Assembly: GCA_964016885.1 (NCBI GenBank)
Contig: OZ024743.1
Location: forward strand, 371,938,001 to 372,002,000
Direction: 5' to 3'
Length of the DNA: 64,000 nucleotides
DNA from: Eledone cirrhosa
Lineage: Eukaryota
This document shows positions 40,401 to 52,400 of this stretch, one piece after another (positions within the stretch are counted from its first letter, which is position 1; each line of letters begins with the position of its first letter). The notes beneath the pieces are model-generated. The model worked only from the letters and a program-made list of their open reading frames with translations. It made no database searches and was not told where the DNA came from. The position numbers and the translations under genes were made by a program.

Positions 40401-43400
40401 TAGGCTCTGAGGATTCCTGCCATGGTGTATGGATGAAACACTGTTAGCTAATAAAACAATGCATCTCTAAGCACACTTTGGTTATTCCTATAACTATATA
40501 TATATATAAATTTGAGCGACTTCCGTCCGTCCAACACACAATATATATATATAAGGGGTGATGATGTTATGCACTAAAGATGACTGAGGATGGAAGGGGT
40601 AATGACATCACACACTAGAGATGACTGAGTAAGGAAGGGAAGATGACGTCATGCACTAGAGATAACTGAGGAAGGGAGGGGTGATGATGTCATGCAATAG
40701 AGAAGATTGAGGAAGGAAGGAGTGATGACATCACGCACTAAAGATGACTGAGGAAGGAAAGGGTGATGACATCACACACTAGAGATGACTACAGAAAACA
40801 GCGTTTAACATTCACTACACTTGTGTCTACAATCTACTAATATATAATACCCTTGTGTTTTTGTCTGTCTCAAGAGATGACTGACGAAGGAAGGGGTGAT
40901 GACAAACTGACGAAGGAAGGGGGCTGTGACAAAACTCCAGATAACAGCGTCTGTGTGTGTATATGTATAACAAATTGGCTACACACATTGGTTGTTAAGA
41001 TTATGTGAGTGTTTGTGTAAAATATATTTATATATAAAATTTGAGTGAGTGTTTGTGTATGTTTATTTAGAAAGATACATAGACGCATTACAGACACACA
41101 TGCATTTACACACACTTATACATATAAACAGACACACTTAAAAAAAAAGATTATTACATACACACACATCTATGTGATGAGCTGGAAGGAAGGGGTCTGT
41201 GACAAAGTATAGAAAACAGCGAACAGCGTTCGCTACACCCGTGTTACTCATACATATAAATGTATACATATGCACACACACATACACATACTCACACACA
41301 TATATGTGTGCATGTAATAATTATGTTCTCTAATTAGTCTGTTTATGTATATGTTTGTGCAGATGTGTGTGTATGTAATAAATATTTTTACCCCGTGTTT
41401 TTTCTGTAACTAAAATCAAAAGCATTCAAATATAATGATCGATGTTACATCTCAAAATACAACCATTAAATAACATTGAGAAGTGTATTAACTTGAATTA
41501 CCATCCGTATTCTATCTATGTTTTGTTAAAAATAATTATTACAATCACACACATCTTCACAAACATTTACATATACAAACTCATTAGAGAAAATAATTAT
41601 TGTCTGAGTGTATCAAGAATATAAAATGACCGCAGTTGAAGGTATATTACAAATACACATCTACTCTTAATTTAACTGTTCATACATGTGCCTAATTTAT
41701 TTGTATTAAGAAATGTATGTAATACATTTTAAATAGGGAGTTTTTACAACATCAACTACAAGTCATGGCCTGCTTTATGTGGCTTTAAGTCATATGAGTT
41801 TAGGTTGATTTCAGTAATGGGGAATGCAATTGAAAGGAAACGTCATTTAGCGAGAGAAAGATGGAAGAATAGAAGAGCAAGGCTCTCAGCTGGAAGATCT
41901 GCTGCCATCAGAAACAAAGACAGAATTCGACAAGCATGTTGCCGTGAAAATGAAACTGATTTAGAAACTAATGCAAGAGAATATCAGAGAGAAATAGTTT
42001 CACAAAGGATTGCAAACGAGAGCTGCCCGTGTAAATGAAACATATTCAGAAAACAGAGTTCACATTCATAACTGTGGAAATATGAACTCCATTTGCCAAT
42101 TTTGCTCAGGAAAACATTTTTCTGCAGAGAAACCCTCAAATGCATGTTTTAATAATTGTTGTCACAAAGGCAAAATGTTAGCTCCTATCAGAAAAGAATT
42201 TCCACCATATTTAGTTTCATTGTTATCTGATCAAAATCATCCACATTATAGGAATTTCAAACAAAACATTCAGTCATTTAATTTATCACTATCATTTGCT
42301 TCGATTGGTGCTCAAGTGCAAAATCCACCAGGAAAAGCCCATTTTGTTTTTGTGTACATGGACAAATTTACTACAGAACTTCACATATTCATCCAAATGA
42401 AAGCAAACAAATACAATATGCTCAGCTTTATGTTGTAGACAGCGCACAAGCAACAGAAATAAGAGCTCAGAATCATACCAATTCAGGCTGCCTCCAAGAA
42501 GTGCTTGAAAATTTGGATAATATTATTTGTAGAGATAATGTGTATGCTCAGTCTTTTCAGACACTTCGTGAAATTGAAGTACAAGAAGAACAGTGTACTC
42601 AAGAAGAAAACATTGATATGCCAAGCGTCAACTTAGTATTCAACAGAGATCGTAATACCGACAGGAGATACAATTTGCCAACAGTCAATGAAATTGCTAT
42701 TGAATTCAGATTTTAAAGTATATCCAAGGAACTCTGAGACAAAACATTTTAATGCTTCAATGCTTCAACATAAAATATCTTTAACTGCTGTAAGGGATAA
42801 TGAATTCAATCCCCTTTTACATGGAGGAAAACTTGTTCAGCAGTGGGTTGTAGGTTCTCCCATACAAGTTGAAGCCAACAATTTAAATTACACATGAACG
42901 CAACAAAACTACCTGAAAGTGGAACAATATCAAGGACTTGCTGACCATTTAGCCAAAGCAGCAAATACTGAAGAATCAGACAATGCTCGAATCATTCTTC
43001 CATCATCATTCCAAGGATCAGCAAAAAATATGAGAGAGCAATACCAAGATGCATAAGCAATTGTGGGAAGATTTGGTCCACCTGATATATTTCTTACAAT
43101 GTCATGCAACCCTAATTGGCCCGAGATATAAAACAACCTTTTTCCAGGTCAAACAGCCTCTGGTAGACCAGATTTAGTGACTTGGGTGTTCAATATTAAG
43201 TTGCAGGAAATGATAATTGATCTAACAAAAAGGACATGTGATTGGCCAAATTGTCGCACATTGTTTCACCATAGAATTTCAGAAGAGAGGACTGCTGCAT
43301 GCCCATTTATTATTAATATTTCATCCAAAAGATAAACTAAACTCAACAGAAAGAATTGACAAAATTGTGTGTGCTGAAATTCCTGATCCAGAGACAGAAC

Positions 43401-46400
43401 CAGTACTTTATGAAATTGTTGAGAAATTTATGATTCACGGTCCTTGTGGTGAGCGAAACCCTAACACACCTTGCAAGGAAAATAACAACTGCTCAAAAGG
43501 CTTTCCCAAACAGTTTCAATGAGAAACCTTTAAAAACCGAGATAGTTATCCATCCTACAGAAGATGTCCGGGTTCAACATTAAACATTGGTCAGAAAGTA
43601 GTGGACAAATGTTGTACCTTATAACAAATATCTAAGTCACAAATACAACTGCTACATCAACGTAGAAATTTGTGCCTTCATCCACTCTGTGAAATATGTG
43701 TATAAATACATATACAAAGGCTTTGATTCCATAACCGTAGGAATAAGCGAAGCAACTGACAGCAATGTCATAATTCATGATGAAATCAAGAATTTCCTAG
43801 ATGCCAGATATGTGAGTGCTCCAGAAGGAATGTGGAGATTGCTTGAATTCAAAATGCATGACAAATCCCACGCAATTATTCGCCTTCCTGTTCATCTCCT
43901 GCAGGAACATCCCATCTATTTTGAGGAGGGACAAGAAAGATGAGCGCTAGAAAGAGCTGCACAATGCAACACTCCTTTAACAGCATGGTTCTTGCTCAAG
44001 CAAAATGTCAAAAATGCAAGACAATATCTATATGCAGACATTCTTTATCATTATGTGTACAATAAGAAAACGACGCAGTGGACTCCCAGACAATGTGGAG
44101 CTGACAAAATCGTAAGTCAAATGTATTCTGTCAACCCCAAGTATCAGGAAGGATTTTACATGAGACTTTTGTTGCTGCATGTTAAAGGAGCTCGAAGTTT
44201 CAAAGAACTGAAAACCGTGGATAAGGTGATATGCAGTAGCTGTAAAGAAGCAGCAGAGCTGGTAGTTGGTTCAAAATGACAAAGAGTGGAGATGATACTT
44301 AGAAGAGGCTTGATATTGCATTTGAGTTGTCAAGGAAGGTGTGTTCTCTCATTTGCTACAACAGGCATTGTTGCTGATCTATTTCACCAAAGAAGAACTG
44401 CACACAGTGGCTTTAAACTCCCAGTCCCTATCTTGGAAAAATCTACATCACTAATGAAGAAAAATCTACATCACTAATGAAGATTCCATCACAGAGCGCT
44501 GAAAAATTAAAAATAATAATTGATGAGGCATCAATGCTTTCAGAAAATACATAGAGGTGCATTGATCTACTACTAAAGGAAATAATTGTTTCTACTTTTG
44601 GCACAAGGCCAACAATTACCCAGTGTATTACTGGTACTTAATTTTATTGACCCCATAAGGATGAAAGGCAAAGTTAACCTCGGCCGGATTTGAACTCAGA
44701 ATGGCAAGGGCCGTAACACTATGCATTAAAACATGGCGTCTGACCCTCTACCGATACTGCCAATCCAAGGAAATAATGAACTGCCATAAGCCTTTCGGCG
44801 GTAAAGTTCTTGGAGGGGACTTTAGGTAAACTGCGCCGGTTATTCCCAGAGGGTCAAACGCTGCTATAATTGAATCTTCTATCAAATATTTATCTCTGTG
44901 GACAGATGTGACAATTTTTACTTTAACTGAGAATAAATGGACAAGAAGAATTCAATACATGGCCTCTTAGCATAGGAAATGGAACAGTCACTAATGATGT
45001 GGGTTTAGATCAAGATCTGACAGAAATACCTGAAACCAGGATTTCATTTGGAAATTTGAATAGACGTATTTGGTGGTGTCATTTCTGCTGTAAGTATTGC
45101 TGATATTGATGAAATTTCGCCAAAATTATTTTAACACAAAAAAACAAAGATTCAATCAAACTGAATACCAAGATATTATCACTTCTAGATGGAGACTCAC
45201 AGATATATCAAAGTGTTGATGTGTTGATTGACGAAAGTGATGAGAATATCCAGAAGAGTTTTTGAATTCCCTGAAGCCATCAGGCATGCCCCGTACAATC
45301 TAGCACTGAAGAAAAATTCCATAGTGATTTTGCTGAGAAATTTTGATCCTGCTAATGGTTTGCTGAATGGTACTCGAGTTTTGGTTTTATATTCTAATGA
45401 ATTTTATATTATTCATGCAAAAATCATTAATGGCAGTAAAAAAAGAAATGAAGCTGTAGCGAAGCTACTTGCTTAGCGTATTTATAGGCTATTCGTGCGT
45501 CATTTGGCTTAGTCAGGCCAATCGTAAGCCGCGCACGAATATATATTCCAACTTCAGCCCAAACAAAGATTTTCCCGCTTCTTTCGTATATATTCTCTCT
45601 TGCTGCTTGGACTTTGAAAGGAAGAGACACTATTATGTAAAGGTGAGATTTTCCACTTTGGCTTGGCACAATGCCATTCTTACTTCTTGGTTCTTAATTT
45701 TGTTTGTTACTTTTTGTTTGACATGTCAGCTCAACTCAACTCAACTCTTTGCAATTAGTTGTGAATAAAAACATGTAAAAATGTTATCAAAGACTTACGA
45801 CTATATCAACAAACATTCACTTTCGGCTAACATTGCCACATAACAAAACCTACATTTTCTTGCTAGTAAAACAAAACCTCTAACTGCTATAAAGCTTTCA
45901 TACCATGAGTTGACCTGCGTCTGAGTGAAACAGATCTACCCTTCAATATGAGCAGACAGCAGTCCCCTGTGATACCAGCTTTTGCCATGACCACAAACAA
46001 ATGACAAAGGATAGAACTTTAAAAAAAATTGGTATTTACTTGCCGCTTCCCTATTTAGTAACAGCTAGCTTTATGTGGTTTGTACGAGAAAGAAGGAAAA
46101 CTTTAAAATTATTTTGAAGGAAACAAGCAATCAAGGCAGATAGATTTTTCACCAAAAAAAAATTGTAATAAAAGAATTATTAAACTAAAAACTTGGTTTT
46201 GTACACTTTTTATAAATAAAATACTACAATTAGCCGTCATTTTTAATAGCATGGGGCCAGCTAGTCTATATATAAATTTGAATGACTTCCGTCAATCACA
46301 CAATGTGTGTGTGTGTGTTTGTGTAAATGTATGTGTGTGTGCGTTTGTGTGAATGTATGTATATTTGTGTGAATTTATGTATGTGAGTGTGTATGTGTTT

Positions 46401-49400
46401 GGGCATTTATATTTATATACTCATACATATAAATGTATGCATATACACATACACACATAATGTGTCAGCATGTTAAAAAAAATTCTAGTATATCAAATGA
46501 CCGATAAGTTTTTTAGAAGTTGTATATATGTATATATAAGCAAAGAGATATTTAATTTGTTGGTTACTCAACAAATTTATTTATAACAGATTCAAAGCAC
46601 TCAACAGATTTTCTGGAGTATAATATCAATGATATTAATATCATTGATATATATATATCATCATCATCATCGTTTAACGTCTATTTTCCACGCTAGCATT
46701 GGTTAGACGGGAATTGTCACTCTGGAGGCAAGATTGGTCGGGTGACCGTGTCTTGCTCATATAGGACTGCCTGGCAGGTTTTCTATGGCTGGATGTTCTT
46801 CCTAACACCAACCACATTTACAGTGTGGGACTGGGAGGTTTTTACCGTGTTACCTACACGGCCACATTACAGCGTGGACTGTGTGTTATTTGGATGTTGT
46901 GGTACCAACATAACTTTACAGAGAAAGAGTGGTGTTGGTGGGAGTGGGAGGGTGGAGTAGGGGTAGTGGGTTGCAGTGTATATTTTGTTAAGAGGTGCCT
47001 ACTGACTTAGGTTTCGCTTTGTACATAGGCAATGCAGGTCTTTTGTATTACTGTGTGACGCCAAAGATCTCGGTCCAGTGACATTGTCTTAGAGAGGTGC
47101 AAGTGTATAAGGTCAAAATTTATCATGTCATCCCAGGTTTTTCTAGGTCTACTTACTCCGTAACTTCCATCAATTTTGATCGCTCTGCACTTTTTTATAC
47201 AGCTGTCGTCTTTCATGCGCATCACGTGATCACCATGTAGTCTTTTCTCAAGTAAACAGCAACTGATCCCTCTTATTCCTAATTTCTCACTTAGTTCATT
47301 TATGTTTTGCCGTTCGCGTATATTACTATTACACATCCAACGGAGCATGCATGCTTTGTTCCTTTGCAGTCTGCACAGGTCCTCTGCACACAATGCCCAT
47401 GTCTCACTGCCATGTAACATTGCTGTTCGTATACAGGCATCATACAATCTGCCTTTCATTTTTAGAGAGAAATCTCTTGTGGCCAACAGCGGTATAAGCT
47501 CTCTGAACTTTTTCCATCTCGTTTATTATTGTGATATCACTGCTCGTATCCAATTATAACTTGACATTCACGTTATTTATTTTCCCAAACACAAATTTTC
47601 TTTTCTGAGCCTCACTTAGATTTTTTGTTGACATGACCTCGTTGACAGAATTTTTACCGTTTGACATTTTTTCTTTTGTTTCACTATGCCCAACTTTTCT
47701 ACACTCATAACATTTTAAATTTTTGTAAGGACAGTCACTTTTAAAATGTAAGCCCCCTGCACCCATAACATAGGTTGGGTCTTGACAATTGCTTTATTTA
47801 TCTGTTCTAGATCGAACCAAATGTATTTGTCAACAATCTCTTTCTTCAATGTTTTCTGTATCATGCAGAAGAATCCTCTGGCATTCTTCTGCCACTGCTT
47901 CATTGTCAATTTCTGCTTCTTTGTTAGCAGTCAGCCCTTGTACAAAAATTAGACATTTGAACATGTCTGGGGTTAATTAATTTAATTGAAACTTTTCACA
48001 TTCTCTATTTACAACCCCAGCATAAATGATGAAATCTTCATCTTTTTTCACCAAATTTAAACATTGCCAGCAAGTATTGAATGGTGAACTTCTTTCACTG
48101 AAAATTTTCGATAAAATTTTGTATGTTTCATTAAAACAAACCTCACCTGGCTTCTTTGGCAGAATAAAATTACAATACTTTTCGTGTTTGGCAGGGATAG
48201 CTTCCTTAATAGTAGTCGTACTTTCTTTTCATCATACCAACCACAATATTCTTCCTTGAAGATTTCTTTGTATCTTCTGAAATATGCTGCTAAGGTAACA
48301 CATTCTTCTGGTTTGCACACAAATTATCCAATTGAGTTTGCCACAGCATCTGGTGTGATCAAAGATGAAGTCCTTTCTGACTTTTTTAACATTAACTCTA
48401 GCATCTGTTGCTGTTCACCATGGCAGCTAACAAATCCTCCATGCTAAGGATTTTATTTTTTTGCGTAAAAATAATCCACAGACCAGCACAAGCTTCGAAT
48501 ACTTCATCGCCACTTTAAACTTGTTATATAGTCTACAATGCAGGGTACTAACAATTTTATCTCAGGCATAACTTCCAACTATAAAACGTGAGACTTTCAA
48601 ATGAGACTCCAACCGAACTCCGACAAATATCTCATTGTTTATTTATAATAGTCCACTGAGTCCATTTCTTTAATCCCAAAGGGGTGTTCACCACAACATA
48701 TATATATATATCATCATCATCATCATCGTTTTAACGTCTGCTTTCCCTGCTAGCAAGGGTTAGATGAGTCAGTACTGAAGCAGAGCCACGGATCTCCCAG
48801 GCAGGCCAGGGTCACATTGTATGCTGAATGTCGGGTCTTCTTCAGTACTGCATAGTGCCAGTCCTTGCAGCCTTTAGTCATGTCTGTTATAAGATTTAGT
48901 TTTTTAAGGTAGGTCTTTACAACCTCATCCCATGTCTTCCTGGGTCTGCCTCTTCCACAAGTCCCAGATACTGGGGTTTCTCTGCATTTCTTTATGCAGT
49001 TGCTATCTTCCATGCACATCACATGCCCATACCAATGTAGTCTTCTCTTCTACACACTACATCCAATACCTCTTATGCTTATGTTATGTCGCTCATGCAC
49101 AGTAACATTACACATCCATCTGAGCATACTCGACTCATTTCTTTCTAGCCTCTGCAGGCCTTCTGCAGTCGAGGCCCATGTTTCACTGCCATGTAACATT
49201 GCAGTTCGCACACAGGCATCATACAGTCTACCCTTCACTCTGAGAGAAAATCATTTTGTTGTTAGCAGAGGTAAAAGATCTCTAAACTTCTTCCACCCTG
49301 TTCTTATCCTAGCTATTTCACTTTCAGTGCATCCTCCCCCACTACTAATTTGATCGCCTAAGGAGCAAAAGCTGTCCACAATTTCTCGTGAGCTCCCCTG

Positions 49401-52400
49401 GCAGCTGAGGAAATCTATTTCATGTGTTCTTTGTGCTTACTTCTGTGTATCTGCCACATCTAAAGTCTATCTTTTCCATTAGAATACCTACAATCCCACT
49501 ACATCTCTTGTGCATCCATACTTTACATAGTGTGCACCTTATGGAATTTCTGCCCACCCCTTTCTGACATATTGAGCACGGGCACTTTCCTGCTGAAGGC
49601 GACAGATGAGATCTGTGGCTGGAGCAGACCTATAGGCAGGAGGAGAGTAACGTGGTGGTGGAACAGTAAGGTGGAGGTGACAATCAAGGCCAAAAAGCAG
49701 GCTTGGAAAGTATGGCTGGATGGGTGAAGTAGAGAACACTATCAAGTTGCCAGGAGAGAAGCTAGGAGACAAGTGTACTTTACAAGAAGGGAAGTAGAGG
49801 ATAGAAAGTTCTACAACGCGAGGACCAAAAACGTGAGGTGTTCAGGATTACAAGTCAAGGAAAACCGTGATATTGTTGGGGAGAAGTGTGTCCATAATGA
49901 TGATGGTGTACTTGCCCTCATTGATACTGATAAGAAGGTAGCTTGGAAGTGTCACTATGAGAGACTACTAAATGAGGAGAATAAATGGGAAAAAGATAGT
50001 CTGCCCCAAATCGATTCAATAGAGAGACCAGCGGTGCAAGTTAAAGGTAGTATAATAAGTAAGGCAATCAAAGATATGAAGACAGGCAAGGCAGCTGGGC
50101 CTTCAGAGATAGTTGCTGAGATGTTGAAAGCATCTGGAATGGTGAGACACACTATGATCACCTGGATAGTAAACCAAATAATACAGAATGGAGTCATACC
50201 AAATGACTGGTGTAGCAGCATCATCATTAATTGCTACAAGGGGAAACTATAGAGGCATTAAGTTAGTTGACCAGGTCAGGAAGGTCACAGAAAGAGTTAT
50301 AACACAACTAATCAGAGAGCGAATTGATCTAGATGAAATGCAGTTTGGATTTGTGTCAGGTAAAAGTACCACAGACGCTCTTTTCCTTGTACGACAACTA
50401 CAGGAGAAGTACCTAGCTAAAAGTAAACCCCTCTACTTAGCCTTTGTTGACTTGGAGAAAGCCTTTGACAGAGTCCCCTGCTCCATTGTCTGGTGGGCCC
50501 TTAGAAAACTAGGTGTAGATGAATGGCTTGTGAGAGCTATACAAGCCATGTATAAAGAAACAGTCAGCAAGGTTAGAATTAACAATGAATATAGTGAAGA
50601 ATTTAGTGTAAAAGTTGGTGTTCATCAAGGCTGTGTCCTTATCCCCTCCTATTTATTATTGCCCTTCAGGCTATAACAGAGGAGTTTAAGACTGGCTGCC
50701 TATGGGAACTTCTATATGCAGATGATCTAACGCTCTTAGCTGAATCTATGGCTGAACTAGAGAAGAAATTCCAAACATGGAAGCATGGCCTAGAATCAAA
50801 AGGCCTTAAAGTTAACTTGTCTAAGACTAAAGTTCTAGTATGTAGAAAGGAAAATAGGGCACAGGTGACCTCTAGGAAATGGCCTTGCTCAGTGTGTAAG
50901 AAAGGAATAGGTAGAAATTCCATTTTATGTCCCAAATACAAACTATGGGTTCATAAAAGATATAGTGGGATCACAGGTAAGTAGATTTTCTATGTGGCCG
51001 ATGCTCTGGTGCAATAAGTAGCAGGTGTCCACAGCATACTAGCTCCTTCTATTGCCCAGATGGTTCTATAGAAATAGTGGACACTTTCCGTTACCTGGGT
51101 GACAAAATCAGCAGTGGTGGAGGGTGCTCTGAAAGTACAGTAGCTAGAGTCAGAATGGGATGGAAAAATCGGGAAACCCAGGTTAAAAGTAACTTAAAAA
51201 ATCACATGTAGTTTAAATGAATGCTTGATGTCATATAATTACCTGTTACCATGTCCAGAAAAAATTTTCGCAAAATTAATTTGAGGATAATTTGTTTCAA
51301 AGTTGGACCTATTGAAAGCATATCTTCAGTTACAAGTGGAAGAGGAATGTTCAAAGTTATTAGCGATCAACACACATAAAGGATTGTATAAATCTAATCG
51401 CCTCACTTTTGGTATAAAGGTAGCATCAGTTATTTTTCAAATTAAGGACACTATGCTCGCAGGTTCGGATTTTGCAATAGCTTACTTCATGATATACTCA
51501 TAAAAAGTGAATCTCGAGGTCAACATGCGGAGCATGTTAAAAAGGTTTTTGAAAAAACTTAAAGAATATGGTTTTACGCTCAGCGATGAAAAGTATGAAT
51601 TTTTTATGTCAAGTATAAAATATCTGGGGCAAATTATCGATGAAAACGGACGAAGCCCAGACCCATCAAGGTTGAGTGCAATAAAAAATATGCCTACCCC
51701 AACAACATTAAAACGTTTTTAGGGCTCGCAAATTACTACCAGATATATATACCAAATATGCATGATTTGAGAGAACCTCTAAATAACTTGTTAAAAAAAG
51801 ATGTTAAATGGAACTGGTTTGAGAAGTGCCAAAAAGCTTTTGAGGAAATTAAAAGCATCTTAATTTCGGATTAGTCATTATCACATTTTGACCCGAAATT
51901 AGAAATTGTGGTGGCATCAAATGTGAGTGAAAGTGATTTTACACAAATATGAAGATGGAAGTTTAGAAGCTGTAGCTCATGCTTCGCAGTCCTTATTGTC
52001 AGCTGAAAAAAATTGCAGTCAGATAGAGAAGGAAGCATTAGCCATCATATTTGTGGTAAGAATATTTTATAAATTCATGCATGTAAGAAAATTCCACTTA
52101 CAACAGACCACCGCCCTTTATTGTTGATCTATGGTTAAAAGAAGGGTATTCCCACTCATACAGCCAACAGATTGCAGCTCTGGGGGATGATCTTACTGAA
52201 TTACAACTTCAAGATGGAGTATTTGCCATCTAAAAAATTGGGACATGCGGATTGTTTGTCAAGATTAATATCAATATACAGTGAATCACTAGAAGACACG
52301 CTGATCACGGTTTATGTGCTGAAAATAAAATTAAAAAATATTCTATGCAACACTGCGAGAATTGTCTGTCTCATTGGAGGAAATAAAACTTAAGGCAGAA

